A stretch of DNA of 64,000 nt from Camelus ferus. Lineage: Eukaryota. A program made the translations under genes and the position numbers. This document shows positions 13,770-27,054 of the stretch, piece after piece (position 1 is the first letter of the stretch; every line of letters starts with the position of its first letter). Location of the stretch: NCBI RefSeq assembly GCF_009834535.1, contig NC_045698.1:3164001-3228000 (forward strand), given 5' to 3'. The notes beneath the pieces were generated by a model. That model did not search any database, was not told where the DNA came from, and saw only the letters and a program-made list of their open reading frames with translations.

Positions 13770-14490
13770 ACATTTTTATTGAGTTATAGTCAGTTTACAA
13801 TGTTGTGTCAATTTCCAGTGTAGAGCACAATTTTTCAGTTATACATGAACATACATATATTCATTGTCACATTTTTTGTTTTCGCTGTGAGCTACCACAA
13901 GATCTTGTACATATTTCCCTGTGCTATACAGTATAATCTTGTTTATCTATTCTGCATTTTGAAATCTCAGTCTGCCCCTTCCCACCCCCCGCCCCCTTAG
14001 CAACCACAGATTTGTATTCTTTGTCTATGAGTCTGTTTCTGTTTCGTATTTGTATTATTATTTTTTTTTTAGATTCCACATATGAGCGATCTCATATGGT
14101 TATTTTTCTCTCTCTTTCTGGCTTACTTCACTTAGAATGACATTCTCCAGGAACATCCATGTTGCTGCAAATGGAGTTATGTTGTCATTTTTATGGCTGA
14201 ATAGTATTCCATGGTATAAATATACCACCTCTTCTTTATCCAGTCATCTGTTGATGGACATTTAGGCTGTTTCCATGTCTTGGCTATTGTAAATAGTGCT
14301 GCTATGAACATTGGGGAGCAGGTGTCATCCTGAAGTAGGGTTCCTTCTGGATATATGCCCAGGAGCGGGATTCCTGGGTCACATGGTAAGTCTATTCCTA
14401 GTCTTTTGAGGAATCTCCATACTGTTTTCCACAGTGGCTGCACAAGCCTGCATTCCCACCAGCAGTGTAGGAGGGCTCCCTTTTCTCCAC
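13770..14490 (-). mobile_element. Young camelid-type L1, 5'-truncated, retaining the ORF2 C-terminus
   Basis: ORF 14177-14443 ([14 protein letters not shown]...[10 protein letters not shown]...CSPMFIAALFTIAKTWKQPKCPSTDDWIKK.WYIYTMEYYSAIK) is the canonical L1 ORF2p C-terminal segment, followed by the family 3' UTR. Confidence 0.95.
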
Positions 14491-15034
14491 TTTGCTTTTT
14501 TAACTTTATTATATTAGCCTCTATAGAGAAACCAATTTCTCATCCACAGATCCACATTCTTTATCTTCTAACTCCACACACTCCTCTGTCATTGCTGTTA
14601 ACACCTTTTTAGAGTGTGCACCACACACTTTCTCTATACTGTCTGCAATACAGAGGCTACTTTTCGCTACCCTTTTTTAAATTTCATCATGAGACTTTAA
14701 TCCCCTTCCAGACGCTTGCATCTCCTCCGGTTCCTCTGTGGCCCTCACAGTCTGTCAGATAGCTTGTTCTCACTCTTGGTCTTCTATTTGCTATTCACTG
14801 GGTCAGTGTTTCTATTTACTTTGTAGTCGTTGGAGCTCTTTCTCTCTAAAGTCCTGCTTTTGAAAGTTTTAAATGGAGGAAGTAGTGCATGTTTTATGAG
14901 ATAATAGAAATAAGTGTAAAGGAAGTTTTAATTCTGTCCGTCATCTCCATTTAAGGTAAATTGGGTCAATAACCTGGCGTGTTTGTCTGTAGCCGATTCT
15001 ACTTTTTCTTCAAGTGACCACAGCAGTGTATCTG

Positions 15035-15490
15035 GTCCTGTATCTCTTCCATAAAAGATGACTTCTATTTCATGCTCTTCTTGAATTTGGCAGGTGTTTG
15101 TGATTGCTTCAGTCAATAGAATGTGGTAGAATTAATGCAACTTGACTTCTGAGGTTAGATCATAGGGCAACACGGCTTCCAGACAGTTTGTGTCTCTGTC
15201 TCCATCTCTGTCTCTCTGTCTGACTTTGGAACGCAGACACATAGAGGAAAAAGTGAAAGGAAAGGGCCGGCCGGCCCGTAGCTAGAAGCCAGCGTGAACC
15301 TCCCGACTTGTGATCAAACGATACTTTAGATTATTCTAAACCCTGGGCCTCAAGGCTCCAGCTGGACTCTGATTATCATAGTACAGAGACAAGCCGTCCA
15401 GCTCTGTCATGTCCAAACTCCTCAAGCTCGGGACCCTTGAGTATAATAAGTGGCTATTTTATGCCCCTATTTTTGGTGTCAGTTGAGAGT
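15035..15490 (+). mobile_element. MaLR LTR (MLT1G/H-like)
   Basis: tgtgattgcttcagtcaatagaatgtggtagaa...tgacttctgaggttagatcata and the 3' agagacaagccgtcc...aataagtggctattttatgcc motifs. Confidence 0.7.
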
Positions 15491-16834
15491 GAGAGTGAGA
15501 GGGAGACTTCTTAGTTTAGTTTGGTCTTCTGTTTCCTTTTAACTAAAGTTACACTGCTCACATCATGCTGCAGGTTAACTGCTTTTCCTAAGTGAACTAT
15601 CGAGAGACAGCAGCGTAGATGCAAGTCCAACTTCAAAGACCGCAGGGGGCACCGTTTTCATAGTCTCTCCACGCACATGTCCTGTGACTGGGAACCCTTG
15701 CAGGCATAACCTGATGCTCTCACATCTCATCTTTTTTGGATTTTTTTTTTTTACCTTCTTCCATGCTTATATAACAGACACAAATACTCACATATGTATG
15801 CTTATATAGATACGAGAAAAGTGTTTGTGCGATTGTTCATTTCATAAAAACAGGGTAGTACTCTGCACATAATTATTTTATTTTTCATTATTTTTCATTG
15901 CCTAGTATAGTGCTGGGACATACTTCATCTTCAATGTATGATTTCATCCTGAATGTGTGAAGGCACAGAGGCGGAGTGCACTGTTACTGCAGGCATTATT
16001 AGAGCCAACTTATTTGGAAGAACCACAACTTTGTTATTATTTAACCCCCCAGATGAACTCTGTATCACGGGGACTGACCAAATCAAGGCGCAAGTTCTGG
16101 CTGCCTGGATATCCCCCTCTGATACATTTCATGGTCCTGGTGAGGGAGGGTGACAGCCAATCCCTGCTCTGGCCAAGAGCAGAAAAGCAGGACCAGGATA
16201 AGAACCATGACTTACTTCAGCCTCGGCGACCACTGAGTAAGTCGTCAGCACACCGTCCACGCGCCGGCATGTTCATGATCAGGCCTATTATCTGAGGTTA
16301 GACCATGTCCAAGCCATCAAGGGAAACATAAGAATGTTTACGTATCTTTCCACATTATTTTCATTCTTCTTTGTGATGTGGGGACGGGTACCTCTGTCGG
16401 GGCAATGTTCTTGCCACTAGAAACATGAAACCAAGTCAGCTATAAAAATACCTCTTATCTGTGCAGCCTGCATAGTTTTGTGAGGAAGAGAATCAGGTTG
16501 AAATGCCTGATATGCTGCCAAAACCTAAATTTCCTCCAATCTCAAATCACTGTATGAAACGTTCTAAAAAGCTGGCTCTCCCATAGCTAAACAAGACAAA
16601 CCACATACAATTAGAGAATTGCGTGTGTGGCCGTATGTTCTGGAAGAGTTCAACATCATCTGTGGCTGAGGGCCAAACACGGAAACGGAGAGAGCAGAGC
16701 TGCCAAGCCCTGCTCTGCCCCTTCACTTTCAAACTATATTCTTCACTGAGCTGCTCACCACCTGGCCTCTTACTATGTTTTTGTTTTCTACCCTTTTCTC
16801 GCTCATCAGAATATACATACCATGAGGCTACTCC

Positions 16835-16925
16835 AAACAGGACTCTCCTTTGTTTCCTTTTATAGCCTCAGTATCTAGAGCCTATTAGACACTCGCCAAA
16901 TATTTCTGAAATTAATGAGAGAACA
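16835..16925 (+). mobile_element. L2 3' end
   Basis: cctcagtatctagagcct...acactcgccaaatatttctgaaattaatga resembles the L2 terminus. Confidence 0.5.
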
Positions 16926-19900
16926 AAGAAAACGGTCCCTCTGTCAAACGGTGAAGTGAGTTCTGGGACCACTGGCACCTGTGCTAATTCCTCGTAGCAG
17001 GTCACAGGACAGCTGACGGCAGCACCCTTCCCCTCCAGGTTATGACCTAGGGAAAAGGTTCGTGGATTTTGTGAACCAAATCCTGCTTTTCATTTGTTAA
17101 AGAAACTCCAAGGGCATCAAAGACAAATTCTTATATTTTGCAAAGTTCATATACATGAATATCTTATAAACTAAGAATAGTTCTTTGGCCAGGAAAAATA
17201 TAAAGCTAATGAAAAGGCAAGCTGCTAAAACCTCAGGTGGAAAACCAGTGGTGTGCCACCCAGACACTTAGTTTTGCTGCTTTGGTGAGAAAAGACGCCG
17301 TGTATCTCGTAGCGACTCTCCACCTCCTGCATCCGCAGGTGTTGCTGACAAGGACTCTGCCCCAAATCCCCAAAGCAGATGCTTTTAATGCTGTATAAAT
17401 AGTTAACATCATCAAAGCTGAGACTAAACCACCTACATTTTTGAAGACATTTTACTGAGAAGTTATCCCAGAGGATAACTTCAAGTGTCTGATTGAAATT
17501 CTCAGCAATAAGAAGAACAGAAGAAAACTGATTGCATGAACTATTGAACAGACAAGAGGCCATTCATGAACTGATGCCCCTGACGTGTCTCTGGCTGTGT
17601 GAATAGGGCAAACACTTCAGCTCAAAGGCCCTGCAGTCTTAGGAGCTGCAGACCTTTGCTTTAAATGGCAGTTTGGAAGAAGTTTGGAGGCAGAGAGCTA
17701 TGTGAAGTCTTCGGGCCGAGAGAAATCATGCCAAATGCTCTACTTGAAAAAGGGAAGTTCTGGTCATTTTTTCTGATAGTAAAATTTTAGCTCCTTTGAA
17801 ACTTTAGAACTATTCTTTAAATTTGTTTCCTTGTAGAAGAATCTTTCCATTGAGATTTGAATCTGCCCTAAAGGCACAAACACCACCCAAGGTGAACTCA
17901 CTGAGTTGAGGACAAAAGATAAATGACATGACTTAATCCCTGAGTCTTGAAACCTTTAAATATTTATTGAATTAGCCTCCTCTTTCCTGGCCAGGAAACT
18001 TATAATATCTATAATTTGCCAAAGTATTATTTTAAGAATTTACTCATTTGTTGCCAAGAATAAGAAAGCTTGAAAATGGTTGGATAGCAAAGAGAATGCT
18101 CATAGCTCTTTTTGAAGTTCTCCACAATTTCAATTTTTAATTTAATCTAAACACCAGTGTGATTTTTATTTATTTGGATTTAACCTTATGCAGAAGTAAA
18201 TTGTATTTACTGTTTTCTTTGTGCAATTTGTATTTAGTTCCCTTGTTTTCTTCAGGAAAACTTTATCACGTGCTCTCATGATAAATGAGAGACCTAATTT
18301 ATAGAGATATGTTTTTCTCACTTAGGGAGTCAAAGTAACACTACTCCAGTGAGGTGAGAATAGAAGCATCCTGTGTTTTCCAGCAGTTTCTATGCCCGTG
18401 TGTATATAATCAGTTCATTGTAGTCTATTATAAAATCTGAGCTTACTCGTGTCCAGGAGTTTGTTTTATTATTTCTAAAGTGGGCTAAGCATAGAAGTTC
18501 CTCTTTAGATACTGTTAGGGAAAATTATCAGACCCAGATGAAGTCCGTGCCCAATTTAGTGATAATCCTCGTGTGCAGCATGGCACATGCTGGCTGCAGG
18601 GAAGAGAGAGTCAGTGCTGATCTAACTCCCATGGACCACCCCAGGCACAGAGAAGCCTGGGGCCCATGTTCAATGAACTGGGTGCGCTAAGTAACTCTTG
18701 TTCTAAGCATTGCTTCAGACTCAGGATTCAGGGACCTGTGTCTGAAATTCTCACCGTGAGTTGGGTTTCCCTTGGCATCTGCAGCAGACAATGGAACAGA
18801 CTGTTGCCAGCCAGTCTTGTGCTGAAAATGGGCAGACAAGTAACAGACGTAAGACTGTCCTCTTCTCACTTAGGCAAGTTCACATTTCTTTGTTCTTCTC
18901 AGTTTAAAATCCGTGCTACAGACTCAGGGCACAGGCGATCTTTTCCCTTGCACCACCGGACATTAGCACCACTTCCAGGAGCAGTTCCTAATGCATCGAG
19001 GTCGAAAACAGGTAAAAATGCTAGTGATAAAAATGTGTTAAAAAAAGAAGAAAGAAAGTACACGTTTTTGTTGGTTTATTTGCTGGTATTTTGGTGCCTG
19101 ACTGAAGGTGCTGAAGAGTCAGCAGTCAAGAAGCAGAAACTTGATAATATTCACCTTCCAAAAAAAAGAATAAAGTTGCTTTTAAGGCTGCACTCAGCAG
19201 AGAAAACAAGTTCACATTTAGGTCAGTCTTGACGGGCCTCTGAGACTGCTTCAGGCTTGTTTCTACCTCCAACTCAACATCATCCTCAATTAATCTGCTC
19301 TTGTCCAGAAGTAGAGAAAGATCTTAAAGAGTCTTACTCTGTCTTGCTGTGAAGAGCTTTCTCCTTGGAGAGAGCAGCACACAAATTGTAAGATTAAACC
19401 TTCTTTTTTGGGCCCAGGAACCTAAGTTAATCTAGCGAGACCTGGGGTGTCTTACAGAGGAAAATAGGCAGAGTGAGATCAAGAAACATAATCCACAGTG
19501 ACTGAAACGTGCATTCACAGCCAGTCCTTGGGGCTGGGTGAAATTTTTCACATACAAGAGAACATTCCAAAAGGAGTGATGCCTGGTGAATTCAGCGCTA
19601 GCATGGTCTAGGAAAAGAATAACAAGCTTGAGATTGGTAAGGATACTGACAATTCCAAACCCAGCTGGCCTTAGGGGTCATGATCAGAACTCTCCAGGGT
19701 CCCAGCCATCTTAATTTTTCCTGTAATTTGACCACTATGGGTAAGTCTTTCCAATATATGTGAGTCTTGATACTGACATTTCAAAAGGGGAAGTGCAATG
19801 GAAAATTTTGCTATGTTTTGTGGCCATTATCTACATTCCAGTTTCCAAGAAATTATGAACTTCCATGTATCAAATATGTGGCTGCCACACAATGTGAAAT

Positions 19901-20779
19901 AATCTTGATTCCCAGGGTTTTGTCACAGCAGGAGATAGAAGTCTGCAGAGGCCAGCGACTGTTTCATTCAACCCAATAAAAGAAAAATAACTGAATTCTG
20001 CTGTTCTATGCTTCTACTTAAAATGGCAATTTTTCATTCTGCAAATGTACCAATCCCTTAACTAGACATTGTCTATATTTACGTTCACAGGATTTCCTCT
20101 AGCAGTCAATATTGAGTTCTAGATGGATGGAAATGACCCACTTTCCTTATGCTTTCTGGCTCTCCAAAGTCACCGTAGCTGACACATAACAGACAATCAG
20201 TGTTATCTCCCTTTCTCGTTATTAGCTGATAGAGAGGTTTCTATGTAAAGGGAGCTGGAAATTATGATCAAGTCCCTCCAGGACAGGTTGAATACTGAGC
20301 GATGCTCTCACAAAGTGATGCGAGGATATCTGAGTTGAAGCTTTAGCATCTAAGGTAAGGTCTGTACCATTCAAGACTAAGAACATTAATTCAAAAATCC
20401 CAAAAATAATGAAAGCTCAGATGGTTGTCAAATTGCTAACAGAGTTCTCCAAATGTAACAGAAAGGGTGAATGTGCTGAATGATGGAATATCTGTGCCTG
20501 AAATCCACATGTTTCTCTTGTAAAATAATGATATAGGAGTATTTTGTTGTTGCCATGGAGGAAAAAAACAAATCTGAAAAGCTTAAATATATTCTTATTC
20601 AGTCAAGTAGTAGGCTTGAAAGCAGGACACATCAGTTTTTTCCTGTCTTTATTTTTCCTGTCCTAGACGTCTCAGCACTGCCTGAGTTAAACCTACCCTC
20701 CTTCCCACTCAACCCCATCTTTTCTTGGCCTTTTTCTCTGCAAGGATTGGCTCCTGAGGACCTAGTGTAAGATAATCAA

Positions 20780-21920
20780 TAATGGCAACAAATTGAATGG
20801 ACTACATTCCTGTTAAAATATAGGGACTTCCAATTAGGACCAAAGGATTAAAAATAGATAAATTAAACAAAATTAAAATCCCTCCCCAAACTCTGGTCTT
20901 TTATCAGGCAAGTACAAACCATAAGGAAGCCAGTGTATCTATATTGAGATTATAAAATAGACTTTAAGCAACACAGAGTTCACAGCAGATGAATGCTATC
21001 ATTGCATCATGATAAAAGATTCATTTTACTTAAAAGATATAGCATTCTGGAATCTGTATGTACCTAACACAAATTATAAAAGGCAGAACATTAAGAGAAT
21101 TACAAGAAGAAATGGACAAATTCACCATCATAATATAGATCTTGACATAACTTTCTTAGAAATTGATAGATTAAGTAGAAGTTCTGAATAACACACTTAA
21201 CATCCATGTCATGATGGAATACAGTGTGTCCTATACTCAATATTTAGAGAACAAACATTTTTGAAGCACACACAAAGGATTTATGAAAATTAAATACACC
21301 ATAGCCTGCAAAATATATCTCAAACAATTATAAAAATATCTATATAGTGCCTACCATATTTTCTGAACTTGACTCTTTGAAATAGCTACAAATCAATACT
21401 GAAAAAGTTACTGAGTCCAAGCTCATACTGCTTGCCACATGACAGACCAATAAGTAGAGAGATGAGGTGTTGGGACAAGGAATAGTGACTTTGTTTGGAA
21501 ATCCAGTAGACCAAGAAAATGGTGGACTAGTGTCCCAAAGAACCATCTTGCCCAGGTTTGGATGCTAATTTCTTTTATAGAGTAAACAGAGGGAGGTGAA
21601 AAGTTAAAGTAAAAAGGGTGATAAGTTGTTGCAAATATTTCCTGGTTCCAGCCAGACTCTGGGAGGGATGTGTTAATGTCTTCTTTCCTGCAGCCATTCA
21701 CTGGTAGATCAGGTCAAGGTTTAAGCTATAGGCGACATCCCTTTAGTGATTAATTTGTAGTGAAAACAATAAAATACAAAAGTTAAAGCAAAAGAAATGG
21801 ATCTAATATGAAGTCGTATTTGTTTTTCCCTGTTACAAAAATATAACTCTCACATCCTTTCCTTAGAAAAGCAGCTTTCTAAATTATAGTGTGTAAACTG
21901 ATGATGAAATACTGAAAGTT
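20780..21920 (+). mobile_element. Old L1 ORF2 endonuclease-region remnant, split by an LTR
   Basis: ORF 21009-21191 begins MIKDSFYLKDIAFWNLYVPN, similar to the L1 endonuclease motif MIKGSI.QEDITILNIYAPN. Confidence 0.7.
21406..21837 (-). mobile_element. ERV1-class solo LTR
   Basis: About 430 bp. On the minus strand it starts TGTAACAGGG and ends ...CAGTAAC, with a TATA-like ctataaaag and a degenerate polyA signal (aacaaag). Flanked by aaaa on both sides (possible 4-bp TSD). Confidence 0.75.
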
Positions 21921-21944
21921 AGAAAAATGTGATTTCAACTACAC

Positions 21945-22100
21945 CTTTGTTGATGTAAATATTGTTTCCATAGCATAGCCAAGGAGGTTGAAAATTAGAG
22001 ACATGCTTCCGTGTTTTGCCCAAGCACATCATGCTAAGTAAATGCCAAAACTGGACATTAAAGTCAAATCTTCTGATTTGAGAAACTGTTCTTCTTAATG
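21945..22100 (-). mobile_element. MIR fragment
   Basis: ttgcccaagcacatcatgctaagtaaatgccaaaactggacattaaagtcaaatcttctgat resembles antisense MIR. Confidence 0.5.
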
Positions 22101-22699
22101 CTATTAAACGTCTGCACATAAAATAACTTGTATAGTCAATAAATACTTCATTTTATCTAATGAAGTTAATTCTTGTACACTGAGTGTATCTGCACAGAAT
22201 ATTCAGAGATTTGCTGGGCTCATCACCGCAAATATATTCAGGCCTAAAACTACCTAACTGCTCTCATCTTTGACTTATTATACTGTATTCCTGTTTAGAT
22301 CACATGGGTTATAAAGACAGGACATCCTGTTAATTTATGTTTAGACTTGTGAAAAATAGCAACCAGCATCCCAAATAAGCCATATTGCTTGGTAAGTTTC
22401 TTTATTACACACAAATATAACCAATCCTTTGTAAAAGAGGCTAAACTTAGATTTCAGAGCTATTCTGTAACAGCCACGCACTTCATTGTGCCTGCGCTAC
22501 GGTGATCTGACCTCTCTTTTGGCTTTGAATGTACCTCTTCACCAAGGAACCCCCTGCTGTCTGCTGAAATCCCTCCCCTGCACTCAGACACCCCATCCCT
22601 GCCTGTTCCTCACTCCTTTTCTGTTTGATGTCTGGCCATCCCAGCTCCCCCTGCCAGGACCTCTTGTATGGCCCCTTCTTCAGTAGATGGCAATGGTGA

Positions 22700-23320
22700 C
22701 TCTGAGGCTGCGCAGAACAGAACTTGGGCATACCCTCCACTCCTCTTTTCCCTGTATCCCAAGGGATGTCATGTGGGCTCCACCACCCACTCTCTGCGGA
22801 ATCTGGCTCCCTCCCACCACCCTGAGTTCCCTCCCAGGGCTGAGCCCTGCCACCTGCATCTGGGTGTCTGCCAAGCTCTCCAGCTGGTCCACCTGCGTTT
22901 TTGCTTGACCCTCAGCTGCCAAGCACTCCATGTCACTCAGCACAAGTTGGGGTCCTTAAAATGACCCTCAATGTGCTACCTAGACATCCCAAGAACAGCC
23001 TGCCCTTCTGACTTCTCTCCTCCTGAGCTCTCCTCCACAGTGGGCACCCCTACTGCCCTCACTGACCTCGACCTCCGCTCACACACTCCCACCCCAGGGA
23101 ACTGCCATGCCCTTCTTTTCCTGGATCTCCCTACCCTGCCCCATCTGCATGGCTGATTCCTCTAGCTTCCTAAAGACTTTGATCAAATGTCTCCCTCTCA
23201 AACACTCCCAACCCAACCACACGGTGGCCAGCTCTATTATGTTTCTTCCTATCACTTATCTATTTAGTCATCTGGCCTTTTGTTTACTTTCTGGCTCCTT
23301 ATTCTGAAAGATGAAGACAT
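22700..23320 (+). mobile_element. Degenerate L2 fragments
   Basis: C/T-rich tract with catctgcatggctgattcctctagcttcc...gatcaaatgtc, similar to the L2 3' region. Confidence 0.4.
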
Positions 23321-25337
23321 TATTTTGTCTTAAAGAAATAGATATCTGTGCAAAACATTCCCAATGCTGACCTCGGGCCTACACCAGCTTTTAGGTGAGA
23401 CCACATGACTCCTCACACATTCACTGCAATCTTTCTGATTCGTGTAACTGAGGTCATCGTCCTAGTGACCTGAGCCTCTGACTGAACCTGCCTTGCTCAT
23501 GTGAGAAACATCTGATGAAACAACATTATATGGGCCCTTCTCTGATTCAGTACAGTGATTAATGTATCAGTCACCATTTTAATTTTATTAACAAAGTATT
23601 TCAATAATATCCTTTTCAGACTAAATGAATAGAAACAATTTTTTAAATCTAATTCTACAGTGAGACTTTAATAGAGCATACCCTACCAGTACATTAATTT
23701 ACACATCCTTTGTTTAAGCAAAGCGGTATCTAGACAGGCTTTCTCACCAAGCAATTATTAGACGCGGTAACTTAATTACTGAAGCCTCTTGGAAAGGAGT
23801 GGCGTTAATGTCCCCCGCTGCCCCATCAGTGATACGGCGTCGGGTGCGGTACACACAGATCGAATCACAACAGCAGCCTGGAAAGAAGTAGAAGGAGACA
23901 GCTATATATCTTCTGGGCTTCTTTTTAAATATCTATTTTTCATTTCAGAGTTTCTCATTCCCTTAGGTGCAGTATGAACTTAAAAGCAACCTAGATTCTT
24001 CATAGGACTTTTAGAGTATATGATAGATCAATAATTTGTTGGTTTGTTTATGAAATATGCCAACTTACTAGGACAGAGTCATTTTTAAGAGGAAGCCAAG
24101 ATCAATATATATGTGCATAGATTTATGGGTGTTTTTGTTACAATCAGAGTAAGTCTGTTTAAAGAATCCGAAACGGCAGCCTGGCTGTTTTCAGTGTGAT
24201 CTATTGGCTCATGGGTGCCACTTCAATTCCAGAGACTAAAAATATCACATCTGAGACTTTTATTCTGATAAACTCTCCTTGAATGTAATTAATTTTAACA
24301 GCCAGGGTTTAAAATTGCAGACAAATAGCAATCCAGCTGTAGCTTAATGGCATAATCACTAAAATCCACTCCCTTTCTTGGGAATGTCAAATATTTGTTC
24401 ATACCAATGAATTTCAGAGTTACAGCCTTCTGAATTTTCACGCTGCATTTTTCCCTTTGGAGAATTAAAGAAAAGGAAACTGAGAATTATGGCCTTAAAT
24501 ATGTGTTATGACTTAAATATCAAACCAAAAATGTGTTACTGCATGATCAGAAGGTACACCTTTTTCTCTATAGCTGGTTGGACGGTCCAAGCCATGCCAC
24601 GGTGAGAAATCGGGTTGGAACAAAGAGGAAAGATAGAAATGGTTGTCTTCATTCTGTTTGCTAATTTCAGTGACACTTTTCATGATGTGGACCTGCTGAA
24701 CTCAACCAGCTGTTCTCTCCAACTTTGTAGAGCTAGCCCAAACACATCGGTTGGCATTAGGTGGTCAGGTAAGCTGAAGGACCAGGACAGGAGACATTGA
24801 GATGTGATAGCTGCATTTTCCATGACCTCCCACTGTCATGAAGGGAACATGGCAATGGCTTGGGGGTGCAGGTTAATACCTCTGAGCTACAGGAAGGGGG
24901 TCATGTTGATGATCGCCAGATTATTAACTGTTCTTAAGCGTTTCCATCGTGGATTCTTAACCCTGAGCCTCACTTAGAAGGTAAATAGGCTTTCTCCTCT
25001 CACCAGCTCCCATGCCCAGCCCATTGCCAGACCAACCCCACGGTGGCCAACAACAAGGCAAAGACCCCTGCATTCCACTTTCCAAATGTTAATCACGAAT
25101 TAGAGAAAGACTGTTGGGTTTAACACCTAAAAACTATTATGACTGTTTAAACTGTAAACATATTTGGGGAATATTGAGTCATCTTAGCCAGAACAATGAT
25201 AAATAAGCAATTAAATTATTTACTTTCTTTCTTTTTATTCCTACTGATTTGATAAAAGGCTGATTTTTGCCAATTAGATCAGCACCTTTGGCTGTCAGTG
25301 AACAGATTTGTTCCCTTTTTCAGATATGTGAGAAAAG

Positions 25338-25367
25338 GGTTCATTTGTCCGAGTGTCACCAGTCAGC
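25338..25367 (+). repeat. Left arm of a perfect 30-bp inverted repeat
   Basis: ggttcatttgtccgagtgtcaccagtcagc, the exact reverse complement of 26234-26263. Confidence 0.97.
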
Positions 25368-26233
25368 TTTGCGGTAGCACCACATCCAGCTATTGGGGGC
25401 CTCCTGGTCCCCTCTTGGAAGGAAATCCAGCTTCTCTAAGTGGTGGTTTCCTCCGTGGCCAACCAGGGGTGACAGGAGCGCCTGCCTCACAAGGACACAA
25501 TGACATGAGTGAGTAGAAGCAGACCTGCTCTGTGAGGCATCTAGTCAGTGCTACGAACTCTTCCTTGAAAGAAATGCTCAGGCAGTGAAGCCATGTGACA
25601 GTGAGGAATGAGGCTCTTCTGGGAATAGTCTGTCCTTAGCTGGGCTTTGGCGGGGGATTGCCAAGGAGCAGGTCCCGGGGTGCAGCATGGGGGCTGTGAG
25701 TCACCGGGGCCCTTGCGTGTTTGCAGCCCCCTCCCCGCTCCACCTACTCCACTGCTCCTGTGTCCTCGGCAGACAGGACCCCAGGACCCAGGCGTGTCGC
25801 CATCCTGTTATTAGCTTACAGGAGTAGCTCAATACGGCCACCTCTCCTGTGCCCCCACTAGAAACACTGGGTTTTAAAATCATGCTGAATTCAGATAAAC
25901 TCATCCATTTCATTCATGCTTATTTACAATTCCACATGGATGACCAATGTGACACACATAGGAGTGTGTGTGCCGTAGATTGGTGCGAGTAAATTTAATA
26001 CGTGAAAGCTCAGAGAAACAGTCAATAAGTTTCCTCGAAGTTCTTTATCAGCTGAGGCTTTGCTGGATTATACCTAAACCCTATTTAAGAAACCACTGCT
26101 TCTATCATGATTTCAGCAACGTTTTCTGGACTGGGGCTGGAGCAGGTTGAACAGAGCACCACATTATTTAGCTGGTGTATTAGAATATGAGTGTCTGGAG
26201 GTGACAGTTCCAAAGGCTGCCCCATATCTCCCT

Positions 26234-26263
26234 GCTGACTGGTGACACTCGGACAAATGAACC
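26234..26263 (-). repeat. Right arm of a perfect 30-bp inverted repeat
   Basis: gctgactggtgacactcggacaaatgaacc, the exact reverse complement of 25338-25367. Confidence 0.97.
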
Positions 26264-27054
26264 GCTCTCCATCATGTTCAGGCATTCCAAAGAGATGAGC
26301 TTGTCCGTCTCATTGTCCACATGAATACTATGCAGACGACGGAAGCCTTTACACGTGGGTACTTCTGGGAATGACTGACTGTGTTGTCTTCTAAGGGTTA
26401 CTAGCATCATTATTTTTCAAAACTGAAATAGCAACTAACCCTGAAGCATGCCGTCCACATCAGTAGCCTTTCAATAACGTGGAAGAAAACAGTTAAAATG
26501 CTCATATTTCAAATCTCCAAACCACTTGGCTCTTTTACAACAACAAACTATGTTTCTGCATATGGTGAAAAATATGTATATATATATATATGTGTGTGTG
26601 TATGAAAGCAACAATAAAAATGTATTTTTAAAACTTTGCACGCAATCACTATTTTGAGACTATCTAACACACCAAGAAAGCAACCAGTCAGAACATACTA
26701 GCTCCTGGAGGTGAGAGGGAAAGGCAAATAGAAGAGGAAATTCAAATACTACAGAAGAATTTGGAATAAAAGTGAAAGCTCCCTCCTCTTTGGAATATAC
26801 ACGAGAGCTCTATAATTTATGCTTCATAAAACTTCCTGTTTTACTAAAACAATAACAAAAGAAAACAGTTCATCATATATTCAGAATGAATCTCTGAGCT
26901 GGAGATCCTTCGTGAAGCACAGGATGAGGATGGATGCATGTGAACCTGAGAGAAGGCATTTCAAGATGGCGCACGGGATGTGGTGAGGGGACCATGGCCT
27001 TGTGGTTAAGAGCTGACATGAAAGGAGATGAGACTTGTTTTTCTTCTTAAAATA

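Noticed and set aside
14177..14443. ORF with clear protein homology
   Set aside because: It is the C-terminus of L1 ORF2p in a truncated insertion, not a host gene.
17459..17482. Perfect 10-bp hairpin gaagttatcc-caga-ggataacttc
   Set aside because: A stem this short is expected by chance in 64 kb and is too small for a pre-miRNA.
18666..19232. Longest ORF in the window (188 aa)
   Set aside because: No recognisable domain or homology, composition typical of translated non-coding DNA, and no supporting exon structure.
25338..26263. Interpretation of the inverted repeat as a known DNA transposon (MITE)
   Set aside because: No TA, TTAA or 8-bp TSD outside the arms, the termini do not resemble hAT, Tc1/mariner or piggyBac ends, and there is no transposase remnant.
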